Of a DNA stretch of 63,337 bases, positions 19,250-28,227 are shown piece after piece. Source of the stretch: an uncultured virus (IMG/VR IMGVR_UViG_3300044972_001024). Lineage: Duplodnaviria > Heunggongvirae > Uroviricota > Caudoviricetes. Positions within the stretch are counted from its first letter, which is position 1; every line of letters starts with the position of its first letter. The stretch lies in IMG/VR virus record IMGVR_UViG_3300044972_001024; one strand, given 5' to 3'. The notes below the pieces were generated by a model. It had not been told where the DNA came from. It ran no database searches and saw nothing but the letters and a program-made list of their open reading frames with translations. Position numbers and translations under genes: made by a program.

Positions 19250-19731
19250 GCACATGAAACATCATGTAGCCCACAGGTCAAACAATTACCTGTCTAATCT
19301 AACTAGAAACGTTACAGACAATCCGACCACTGTCTGTGGAGTAAGACCAAAGCGCGGATAATACTAAGCGCAACTAGTCTCTAAACGTAACCATCCTCTC
19401 GGAAGGAATTTTACTGCGTCAACAGATCAATGACAAATAGTTATGGGTTTTATCGGTGCTTCGGCGAACGTTCTTCCCCCAGAGAAAATATCTGGTTTAA
19501 TAGAAGAAAAAGAGGGGGGTGATTGTACTTTATTCAGTGAGTTTAAACGTTTTTACTTATATGCATATCTAAGTAATGGGTTGTATCGCTACGCTCAACA
19601 ACCCGTATTGTGTCACATCGCTCGTTATCACTCGCTTTTAGTGACACAAAACATCTTTTCACATATATAATCTCAAGATATAAAAATGCCAGTGTACCGA
19701 TAGGTCACTGGCAGATGAACGTAGTTCATCT
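19250..19731. other. Hairpin-dense non-coding region (candidate structured RNA or replication origin)
   Basis: At least 8 inverted repeats incl. C-TTCG-G loop 19458-19465, GGGTTGT/ACAACCC, TTGTGTCAC/GTGACACAA, TGCCAGTG/CACTGGCA, AGATGAAC/GTTCATCT. Confidence 0.55.
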
Positions 19732-19738
19732 ATTAATA

Positions 19739-19975
19739 TTAGAAGAAAGGTAATTTGGTTTTCTTAGTAGTCTCCATATGTTCATCAATGATTTTATTAA
19801 TATTGTCAATTTCTGCATGACTCATGTTCATTATGTCATTGAAATCAATTCCTCCTCTCATAAACCAAGCTAGTTTTTGAGCATTAAACGGAATATTCAT
19901 TCTTTCTTTTTCCATGTCATCTGTCAGCTTCTTGATCTCATCCGGATTGAGATGAAGAAGCCTTATTCGAAAAAA
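19739..19975 (-). CDS. gp51-like tail/baseplate assembly chaperone segment (open -1 frame; own ATG at 19915 gives 58 aa); not in ORF track
   Basis: Manual translation ..RIRLLHLNPDEIKKLTDDMEKERMNIPFNAQKLAWFMRGGIDFNDIMNMSHAEIDNINKIIDEHMETTKKTKLPFF*. Confidence 0.75.
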   Translation of the reverse strand, partial: FFRIRLLHLNPDEIKKLTDDMEKERMNIPFNAQKLAWFMRGGIDFNDIMNMSHAEIDNINKIIDEHMETTKKTKLPFF

Positions 19976-20790
19976 TCAGTGACGTTCAATACAATTTTTT
20001 GTTTGTATTCATGTGCACAGCTAGGACATTTAATATCAATAGGATCCAATTCATTTTGTTCACGTAATTGTATACTACGATCTTTAATGGCATTATTTGT
20101 ATTTTTATCACAATTATTTAAAAACTCAATAATGTAATTTTTATCTGTTACTACTGATTCTGGTGTAGATATTGATTCAATAGTTGATGCAATAATACTA
20201 ACAACTAAATCACCTAATCGTTTTAAAGTATTAGTCATAACTTGACTTTTTTGTTCATCATCTTGATAATCTTCAAGAGTGGCCAATGTTTTTTGAATAT
20301 TAAACTGATCTAATCCATTTTGATTTGTTTCTATATATGTTAGTGGTCTGAATTTTATTACTAAATCTCTAACTTTCATAACAGAATCATAATCAACATT
20401 TTTCATATTAGCTAATATTGGCATTAAGTTAATATTGTATTCTGTTTCTTCACTACATGACGGACATTGTGATGAAATTGCCAGTGTTCCATCTCCGGCC
20501 GCGGCTTTAATAGCAATAATAGTAGCATCCAAATCAATATTATTTAATTTCCATGGATCAATAATATTTGGTACGCAACTTTTGATCAAATCAACAACTG
20601 CTGCACCGTTGAATAATCCGTCTGGAGTTCTAACGGTCATTTCATCTACGGCAGTCATTGGATAAACTGGCAATTCACCGTTTTCTGGAATATTGACAAT
20701 TCCAGATGAATAAAATTTTCCCATACTAGGAAGTTTGAAATAGATACTTGGTCTACGAAAATACTGTTTTAATGGGTTTTGATCTGACAT
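19963..20790 (-). CDS. gp26: Baseplate hub assembly chaperone, gp26-like
   Basis: Likely start MSDQNPLKQYFRRPSIYFKLPS at 20790; YPMTAVDE; two CPSC motifs; ends TDFFE; adjacent to tape-measure-like genes. Confidence 0.78.
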   Translation of the reverse strand: MSDQNPLKQYFRRPSIYFKLPSMGKFYSSGIVNIPENGELPVYPMTAVDEMTVRTPDGLFNGAAVVDLIKSCVPNIIDPWKLNNIDLDATIIAIKAAAGDGTLAISSQCPSCSEETEYNINLMPILANMKNVDYDSVMKVRDLVIKFRPLTYIETNQNGLDQFNIQKTLATLEDYQDDEQKSQVMTNTLKRLGDLVVSIIASTIESISTPESVVTDKNYIIEFLNNCDKNTNNAIKDRSIQLREQNELDPIDIKCPSCAHEYKQKIVLNVTDFFE

Positions 20791-20823
20791 AATTGATTTC
20801 CTTGTAAGTGCTAAAAATAATAG

Positions 20824-20861
20824 GCTAAATAATAGTAAGTGGACTGTCTTCACTATTTAGT
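20824..20861. promoter_or_regulatory. Overlapping pair of oppositely oriented late promoters
   Basis: GCTAAATA on + (20824-20831) and ACTAAATA on - (20854-20861) between the divergent chaperone and tape-measure-like genes. Confidence 0.55.
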
Positions 20862-20869
20862 GAGAAAAA

Positions 20870-23656
20870 ATGGCTGATAATAATTTAGGAACTTCGGATG
20901 AAATTAATGACCTTAATACAGGTTTCGGAAGTTTTGCGTCTCAATTATCTTTAGATGAAAAAAATCTGACTATTGCCGATTTGGCCAACAAAAAGTCAAT
21001 CGAGTCATTAAAAAAACAACAGGCGATAAAAAAAGAAGCAATTGAATTGGCCGAATCGACGATTAAGGATATGTATCGTTTAACAGTCGGTCTAACATCT
21101 GCTAGTGGTAGTAAAGAGGGTTTTGATAGTATCAATCAAGCCATCATGCTTTCGGCAAAACTAATTAGTAGTGCAGCTCAACTAATTCCAATACCTTATG
21201 TAGGTGATATTATTGGAGGCGTAGTTGAGGGTGCATCCGAAATAACTAAGTTTATGATTGGTCAATTTTCAAAAGCGTATGGTAATTTTGAAAAGTTGGC
21301 TGATACTGGTGTAATATCAACGTTTGAAGATTTAAAAGTATCAGCTAACACTTTAGGCTTAACATTTTCTGATACTGATAAAGTATTATCAAAATATAGT
21401 AAAGAATTGGCAGTTTTTGGAGGTTCGGCAGGTGAGGGAAGAAAGCGTCTTCAGGATATAGCATTTGAAACTAAAACGGTAGCAGAATCATTTCAACAAA
21501 TAGGAATTAGTGCTGCAGATTTTGCTGAAATGCAAATAAATTATATCACCAGACAGGAAAAATTATCATTAGGAACAAGAATAACAGATAAAGAACTTAC
21601 TACTGGGTCTTTACAATATATAGAAAAACTTGATACCTTAAGTAAGATAACAGGTGTTACTAGAAAAGAACTTCAAGAACAAATGATGGATCAAACCAGA
21701 GATGCCAGATACATGGCTGGTATTGCTCCATTGGATGTAAAAATAAGAGGCAACATAGATATGTTGTTGCCTAGACTTAAAGCTCTTTCTCCGGCTTTTG
21801 GAGAAGGTATTCAAGATGCCATTGCCAGTGAAGCAACAGGAGTTAGTGAAAAAGAACAGGCTTCATTATATGCTCTTAGAGCTGGCGGAATGGATGTAGA
21901 GACCGAAATATCAAAATTAAGAGCTGGAGGAGACATAAATGCGTTTTATGCAAAAGTTACAGAATCACTTAAGCGTTATGAATCATCTACGAGAGATACA
22001 GTTAAATATATAGGCGATGGTAATATTGTTGGGGCATCATATATTGCGGCACAAAATTCTGTGTTTAAATCAGAGGCTGAACTTTTAAAAGATCAAGAAG
22101 AACTAAATGAAAAAAGAAAAAAAGATTTAGCAGAAACTGGTACCACTGATGCAAATTTAGCACGAACTAGAAGATCACTGTACGCAACATCTAGAAATAT
22201 TGATCAATTATCTACTGGTAGTAAAACGATGACAACAGTAATGAATAAAGTTGCTGGTGGAATAGAATATTTAGTTGAGAAATTATATGGTTTAGTTGGT
22301 GATAAAGGAATTCCAGCTTTTTTGACAGCAAGAAAAGAAGAACGTATTGCAATTAATAAAAACTTAAAGTTTCAAGCAGACCTTACTAATGATTTAACAA
22401 AACAGGCCAAGTTTGAAAAAGAACTAGAAGAACTTAAGAAAAACCCTAATTCACCACAAAATAGAAAATTAATTTCTGATAAAGAAAGGGCCTTAAAAAA
22501 TATTAAAGAACAGATACAGATTGATAGAGAAAACATAAAGATACAAGAAGAACTAATAAAAAATGCATCAAAAATAAGAGAGGAAGAAGATCAAAAAGCA
22601 GGATTTGGAAAAACAGTTGGTGCACCCCCATCATCTGGATCTGCTAATACTGCTGGAACATCATCTGGAACACCTAATGCTGCAGGAACATCAAGCACTC
22701 CGACCAGCGGAATGCCGTCTGGATCTCAATCAACTAGTGTAAGTCAAAATCAACAATTACTATTACAGGCAATGAATGATTTAGGAGTAACTGACACAAA
22801 TACTCGCGCCGCTATGGCCGCAACCGCTGAAGGAGAATCTGGATTTAGATTACAATCTGAAATTTCCTATGAAAATACATCAAATGAAAATATTATAAAA
22901 TCATTTGGTCAAGGATCAGCGTTTGCTAAAATGTCTTATGATCAACTTACTAAATTAAAAAAAGATCCAGCGCAATTCTTTGATTTTATATACGGCGGTA
23001 GATATGGAAATACTAGTCCAGGAGATGGATATAAATATCGTGGTCGTGGATTCATAGGAATAACTTTTAAAGATAATTATGCAAAATATGGAAAACTATT
23101 AGGAATTGATCTTGTCGGTAATCCTGATCTGGCTAATGATCCAAAAATTGCAGCTAAAATTGCCGTTATGATGATGAAAGATGGAATGGCAGCCAATAAA
23201 AGAGTATATGGAAACGCTGACACATATACTCAGGTTGCTCGTAGTATTGGAAATCCAAATAGTATTACTGAAGACAGAAAAAAAGACGCTTACATGAGAA
23301 ATTTGCAAAGTGGACAATGGGGATCTGATAAAACTGCCGATTTATCTTTTATAAAAAATCAACCAGTACAAGAGTCTGTTTCTGCAGGTAACACATTTCC
23401 AAAAACAAGAACTGGAGGTATTCTCAGTGGACCAAGTACAGGATACATGGCTATATTACATGGTGATGAAATAGTCACTCCAGTAAATTCTGGATCGGCC
23501 GAGTTACAATTTAACGGTACTAATAATCAATCGTTCTCTAATGAAATAATTAATCAATTTTTAATTATGATGACTAAAAAAGTGGATAAAATGATTAGTG
23601 TGACTAGAAGTGAAATTTCCGATCAACGTACAATTGCAATGATTGGAATAACATAA
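20870..23656 (+). CDS. Tape-measure-like protein 1 with C-terminal GH19 (chitinase-like lysozyme) domain
   Basis: Helical Ala/Lys/Glu-rich body; GESGFRLQSE, YGGRYGN, GDGYKYRGRGFIGITFKDNY, DLVGNPDLA. Confidence 0.8.
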   Translation: MADNNLGTSDEINDLNTGFGSFASQLSLDEKNLTIADLANKKSIESLKKQQAIKKEAIELAESTIKDMYRLTVGLTSASGSKEGFDSINQAIMLSAKLISSAAQLIPIPYVGDIIGGVVEGASEITKFMIGQFSKAYGNFEKLADTGVISTFEDLKVSANTLGLTFSDTDKVLSKYSKELAVFGGSAGEGRKRLQDIAFETKTVAESFQQIGISAADFAEMQINYITRQEKLSLGTRITDKELTTGSLQYIEKLDTLSKITGVTRKELQEQMMDQTRDARYMAGIAPLDVKIRGNIDMLLPRLKALSPAFGEGIQDAIASEATGVSEKEQASLYALRAGGMDVETEISKLRAGGDINAFYAKVTESLKRYESSTRDTVKYIGDGNIVGASYIAAQNSVFKSEAELLKDQEELNEKRKKDLAETGTTDANLARTRRSLYATSRNIDQLSTGSKTMTTVMNKVAGGIEYLVEKLYGLVGDKGIPAFLTARKEERIAINKNLKFQADLTNDLTKQAKFEKELEELKKNPNSPQNRKLISDKERALKNIKEQIQIDRENIKIQEELIKNASKIREEEDQKAGFGKTVGAPPSSGSANTAGTSSGTPNAAGTSSTPTSGMPSGSQSTSVSQNQQLLLQAMNDLGVTDTNTRAAMAATAEGESGFRLQSEISYENTSNENIIKSFGQGSAFAKMSYDQLTKLKKDPAQFFDFIYGGRYGNTSPGDGYKYRGRGFIGITFKDNYAKYGKLLGIDLVGNPDLANDPKIAAKIAVMMMKDGMAANKRVYGNADTYTQVARSIGNPNSITEDRKKDAYMRNLQSGQWGSDKTADLSFIKNQPVQESVSAGNTFPKTRTGGILSGPSTGYMAILHGDEIVTPVNSGSAELQFNGTNNQSFSNEIINQFLIMMTKKVDKMISVTRSEISDQRTIAMIGIT

Positions 23657-23671
23657 AAGTGAATAATTAAC

Positions 23672-26080
23672 ATGTCAAATGAAATAGATGAATTACGAAA
23701 TCAATTGGAACAAACCACAAAACAACTAAAAAGTTTTGAATCTAGTATTGCAAGAACTACTAGAAGTAATAACATATTTGATAATTCGTTAAAAACCAGT
23801 GCTGATATTGAAAAAGAACTTAATGAATCTGAGAAGCAATTATCCAAGGCTATTTCTGGATCTATTTCTGGTCTAACAGGATTTGCTAAAAGTTTATCTA
23901 ATAGCTCAGGAAGTTTTGCACCATTGACAAATGCCATGAAATTGGGTTTCAAAGTCATAGGCAAAGTTATGGGTGGATTACCTTTTGTTGGTAAAGCACT
24001 CAAAGGATTTTCGGAAGGAGTTGGTGAAGTTGCTTCTTTCATGGTTGAGAGTTTTGACAAATCATATCAAACTTTCGAAAAATTAAGTGATAGTGGAGTT
24101 GTAACTTCTTTTACTGATATGAAACATGCTGCACGTGCCATGCAACTTAATTATTCTCAGTCCGAAAATATTTTAACAAAACACAGTAAAAATTTAGCAT
24201 TATTTGCAGGATCAGCAACAAAAGGTAGAAAAGAATTTGAAAGAATATCAGTTAGTAGTTATGATGTAAGACGAGATTTTCAAAAACTTGGTATTAGTAG
24301 TGAAGAATTTTCTGAGATGCAACTGAGTTATCTTAATCAACAGATGCGTACTGGTCGTGGACAAAAGAAAACCATAGATGAAATGATTCAAGGTTCAGTT
24401 AACTATATAAAAGAACTGGATACTATTAGTAAGATTACTGGCGCAAGTAAGAAAGATATACAAACCGCAAGAGAAGCCAGAATGAATGATGCGGCTTGGC
24501 GAGCAGGTATGGTTGATGTTCCTGGTAAACTTAAAGACACTTATGAAACTTTTCTTGATTTAACAGCCGCTCAATCTGGAAAATTAACAGAAGAAGGAAT
24601 GAGAGAATATCTGACTACTGGTGATGCAGGCAGAGCAAAAGCAGCCGAGATGTTGGCTAGTTTTGGAGATCAAGCATCTGCGGTAACGTCAATATTAACA
24701 AAATTTAGAAATGGAGAAATGAAAGCTGGTGTCGCTCGTAATGAAATTAATAGATTGAGTGGAATTGCTAGAAAAGCGGCGCTTGAAGAAACTAGACGAT
24801 ATGGTGATGCAACTGTTCGTGGAAAGTATTCTATTGAACAAGCAAATGCTGAAATGCATGCAAATAAAGATACTCAAAAATTGTTGGAGGAACAAAATGC
24901 AAAACAAGCTCAGATAATAACAGATAAAGATAGTGAAAATGCAAAATTAGCTGATACCAAACAGGCTTTAGAACAGGCAGGAAGAGACATAGAACAAATG
25001 TCGACCAGTAGTGAACTTGTAACTGGAATAATGAAACACATGGCAACCGGTTTGGAGGTTGTAACTGAAAAATTATATGAAATGGCCGGCGAAGATTTAC
25101 CTGCTCATTTGGCGGCAAAAAAGACTGAAAGACAGGCAATAGAAAAAGAATCTGAGGCAAGAAAAAAATTAAAAGATGCTGAATCTGGTGAAACTGGAAA
25201 AAATCGAGGTATAAGAGGATCATTAGTAGATTCTATCACAACTAAGCTCGGTGTTATGTCTGGTGATGTGTATCTAGCAAAAAAGAATCTAGAAGAGGCT
25301 CAAAAACAATTAGCAATCGCAACTGCTAAAAGAATACAGGCGGAAAAAGATGCTGGAGTTGGTGTATTTGCACCTTCATCAGTGTCCGGTGGTGAAAATG
25401 CCACTCGTGCAAGATTACCTGGAGCTGGCGAAGAACCAAAATCAGCAGGTGAAGCGGGAGGAGTAAAATTATCGACTATTAGAAGTAAATCCGGACAAAG
25501 TACATCAGTTGCAACTGAATTTGCTAAAAACTTTCAAGGATTAATTGATTGGTTTGATGCTTCGGGATATAAGATAAAAAGTTTAGGTGGGTATGCTGAT
25601 AGAAATATAGCAGGAACTAACACACCCAGTTATCACTCTAGAGGCGCTGCAATCGATATAAATCCTGCTGAAAATCCAATGGGATCTCAAAGAATAACTG
25701 ACATGCCAGAGGGAACAAGACAAGCAGCTAAATCAATGGGATTAGGATGGGGTCTTGATTGGCCAAATAAATCTGATGCAATGCATTTTAGTGCTGGAAG
25801 ATATGAACTTGGATCTTTAACTGCAAGAACAGGTGGTATTTTCAGTGGACCTGAAAGTGGTTATTTGGCAGAATTACACGGAGATGAATCTGTATCAAAG
25901 ATTGGTGATGGGTCAAGTGTAAGCAAAACATCATTGGGTAGTGGATCAATGATGACTAATTCATCTAATAAAATTACTGAAATGTTTAATAATTTATTTG
26001 AAAAAATGGATACGTTGATAGATTTATCTGATACTAGTATGGAAAATCAAAAGAAGTTTTTAGAAGCAAAGCTAAACTAA
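23672..26080 (+). CDS. Tape-measure-like protein 2 with C-terminal peptidase M15C-type Zn domain
   Basis: Paralog of upstream gene; GGYADR..SYHSRGAAIDIN..WGLDW..DAMHF (SxHxxGxAxD..H). Confidence 0.8.
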   Translation: MSNEIDELRNQLEQTTKQLKSFESSIARTTRSNNIFDNSLKTSADIEKELNESEKQLSKAISGSISGLTGFAKSLSNSSGSFAPLTNAMKLGFKVIGKVMGGLPFVGKALKGFSEGVGEVASFMVESFDKSYQTFEKLSDSGVVTSFTDMKHAARAMQLNYSQSENILTKHSKNLALFAGSATKGRKEFERISVSSYDVRRDFQKLGISSEEFSEMQLSYLNQQMRTGRGQKKTIDEMIQGSVNYIKELDTISKITGASKKDIQTAREARMNDAAWRAGMVDVPGKLKDTYETFLDLTAAQSGKLTEEGMREYLTTGDAGRAKAAEMLASFGDQASAVTSILTKFRNGEMKAGVARNEINRLSGIARKAALEETRRYGDATVRGKYSIEQANAEMHANKDTQKLLEEQNAKQAQIITDKDSENAKLADTKQALEQAGRDIEQMSTSSELVTGIMKHMATGLEVVTEKLYEMAGEDLPAHLAAKKTERQAIEKESEARKKLKDAESGETGKNRGIRGSLVDSITTKLGVMSGDVYLAKKNLEEAQKQLAIATAKRIQAEKDAGVGVFAPSSVSGGENATRARLPGAGEEPKSAGEAGGVKLSTIRSKSGQSTSVATEFAKNFQGLIDWFDASGYKIKSLGGYADRNIAGTNTPSYHSRGAAIDINPAENPMGSQRITDMPEGTRQAAKSMGLGWGLDWPNKSDAMHFSAGRYELGSLTARTGGIFSGPESGYLAELHGDESVSKIGDGSSVSKTSLGSGSMMTNSSNKITEMFNNLFEKMDTLIDLSDTSMENQKKFLEAKLN

Positions 26081-26082
26081 TA

Positions 26083-26090
26083 GATAAATA
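26083..26090 (+). promoter_or_regulatory. Putative late promoter GATAAATA
   Basis: Motif 20 nt before portal ATG. Confidence 0.7.
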
Positions 26091-26110
26091 CTAGACATTG
26101 AAAACGAGAT

Positions 26111-27880
26111 ATGTCATACAAGAAAAAATTTACCAATAAACACGGATCACTGAGTCCAATTTCAGGCGCCAACAGTAACGAAGGTTCCTGGAATGGCGGC
26201 GCAGGTATGAATCAAAAACCAACAGGTGGTTGGGATAATAATTTTGCCTTTAGAAACTATCAAAGTCGTCTACCAGAAGTATATACCGGACATCCAAACC
26301 GTATTGAACGATATAATCAATATGAAATGATGGATTGTGATCCGGAAATCAATGGATGTTTAGATATTCTAAGTGAATTTTCTACACAGTTAAATGAACA
26401 TAACAAAACTCCATTTGATATTCATTTTAATGGGGAACCAACACAAACTGAAGTAGAGTTGATTGGTAAACAATTACAACAATGGTGTAAATTAAATGAA
26501 ATGGATGTCAGAGCATTCAAAATATTTAGAAACACTGTAAAATATGGTGATCAAGTATTTCTACGTGATCCAGAAACATTCAAATTGTTTTGGGTTGATC
26601 CAACTAAAGTAGTTAAAGTTATCGTAAACGAAAGTGCAGGTAAATTACCAGAACAATATGTAGTTAAAGATATCAATCCAAATTTACAAAATTTAACTGT
26701 AGCAGAAAAGACTAGTACAGACTTTCAAGCACAACCACCAACTGCAGGATACAGTGCACCATATTCATATACAGTACCAAATGAACCATACGGAACAACA
26801 GGTACACGTTTTAGTTTGGGTGTTAATGAAATGGCAATTGATGCCAAACATGTAGTACATCTATCATTGACAGAAGGTCTTGATCGTTATTGGCCATTTG
26901 GTCAAAGTGTACTAGAAAACATTTTTAAAGTTTATAAACAAAAAGAATTGTTAGAAGATGCAGTTCTAATCTATCGTGTTCAACGAGCACCAGAACGTAG
27001 AATTTTTAAGATTGACGTTGGTAACATGCCAAGTAATATGGCTATGGCATTTGTTAATCGTATTAAAGATGAAATTCATCAACGTAGAATTCCAAGTATT
27101 CAAGGTGGTCAAAGTATTGTTGATGCTACTTACAATCCATTGTCAACAAATGAAGATTATTTCTTTCCAGTAACAGCCGATGGACGTGGATCTAGTGTAG
27201 AACTTATGCCTGGTGGACAAAACTTGGGTGAGATTGATGACTTACGTTACTTCAACAACAGATTAGCTCGTGGTTTACGTGTGCCAAGTAGTTACTTGCC
27301 AACTGGACCAGAAGATAATCCAACACCATTAAGTGATGGTCGTGTTGGTACCGCTATGATTCAAGAGTTTAGATTCAATAAGTATTGTGAGAGATTACAA
27401 GGTTATATGAGCAAAAAACTCAATGAAGAGTTTAAATTGTTTATGCGTTGGAGAGGATTTAATATTGATAGTGGATTGTTTGATATTCACTTTACTCCAC
27501 CACAAAACTTTGCTAGTTATCGTCAATCAGAATTGGATACATCTAGAGTTCAAACATTTACTACTATGGCAGCGTTACCATATATGAGTATTAGATTTGC
27601 CATGGAAAGATTCTTGGGATTAAGTCAAGAAGAAATCAAAGAAAATCAGAAATTATGGAAAGAAGAGAAATCTGAGCCAGAAGATCAAGAAGCCAAAGGT
27701 TCTGATTTACGTAGTGTTGGTATTAGTACTGGTGATATTGATAGTGATTTGGAAACTGCCGACAATATTGAAAGTGATGCTGAAGGAGAAGATGCTATGG
27801 CTCCAGAAGTTCCTGCACCAGTTGGTGCCAATGATCAAACTGCCAGTCCGGGTGCATTGGCAACTCCCCCACCGGCATAA
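26111..27880 (+). CDS. gp20: Portal protein, T4 gp20-like
   Basis: LLEDAVLIYRVQRAPERRIFKIDVGNMP; EDYFFP..GRGSSVELMPGGQNLGEIDDLRYF..LRVPSSYL. Confidence 0.95.
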   Translation: MSYKKKFTNKHGSLSPISGANSNEGSWNGGAGMNQKPTGGWDNNFAFRNYQSRLPEVYTGHPNRIERYNQYEMMDCDPEINGCLDILSEFSTQLNEHNKTPFDIHFNGEPTQTEVELIGKQLQQWCKLNEMDVRAFKIFRNTVKYGDQVFLRDPETFKLFWVDPTKVVKVIVNESAGKLPEQYVVKDINPNLQNLTVAEKTSTDFQAQPPTAGYSAPYSYTVPNEPYGTTGTRFSLGVNEMAIDAKHVVHLSLTEGLDRYWPFGQSVLENIFKVYKQKELLEDAVLIYRVQRAPERRIFKIDVGNMPSNMAMAFVNRIKDEIHQRRIPSIQGGQSIVDATYNPLSTNEDYFFPVTADGRGSSVELMPGGQNLGEIDDLRYFNNRLARGLRVPSSYLPTGPEDNPTPLSDGRVGTAMIQEFRFNKYCERLQGYMSKKLNEEFKLFMRWRGFNIDSGLFDIHFTPPQNFASYRQSELDTSRVQTFTTMAALPYMSIRFAMERFLGLSQEEIKENQKLWKEEKSEPEDQEAKGSDLRSVGISTGDIDSDLETADNIESDAEGEDAMAPEVPAPVGANDQTASPGALATPPPA

Positions 27881-27895
27881 AAGATAAATAATATT

Positions 27896-28120
27896 ATGTA
27901 TCTAACAGAATTTTATAACCCCGCGCCTCAAGGTTGGCAAGATGTTGAAGATGATAAATCTCAACCAGAATGGGGCGAGTCACGCAAAACCAAATTAACA
28001 CTTGGTATGATATCCAAGATTCGTAAAATGAACGAAGTTCAAAGTTATGAACGAGCGATTGATTTAAAAAACATCAGAAAACAATATGGTGCTCCACCAG
28101 CCGAAGGTGGCGGTTTGTAA
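27896..28120 (+). CDS. Small head-cluster protein
   Basis: 74 aa, SRKTKLTL..IRKQYG; GATAAATA at 27883-27890. Confidence 0.75.
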   Translation: MYLTEFYNPAPQGWQDVEDDKSQPEWGESRKTKLTLGMISKIRKMNEVQSYERAIDLKNIRKQYGAPPAEGGGL

Positions 28121-28153
28121 ATCTATATTATATATTTAAAAAACACATAAAAT

Positions 28154-28177
28154 GCGTACATATTACGCTATTTTTTT
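28154..28177 (+). terminator. Possible weak intrinsic terminator
   Basis: GCGTA-CATAT-TACGC followed by a T7 run. Confidence 0.4.
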
Positions 28178-28227
28178 GGCTATTCGCTAAATATTAATAC
28201 AAAGCCATTTACATAAGGAGATTTTAA

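Noticed and set aside
19443..19670. 75-aa + strand ORF in the structured region
   Set aside because: No RBS or protein-like features; overlaps hairpins better explained as non-coding structure
19877..20137. 86-aa + strand ORF
   Set aside because: Antisense to the better-supported gp26/gp51-like frames; TTG start
20791..20853. Signal-peptide-like N-terminus MKTVHLLLFSLLFLAL of the 296-aa ORF
   Set aside because: Arises from an upstream GTG in AT-rich promoter DNA; the ATG at 20790 has an AAGGA RBS and the family-like start
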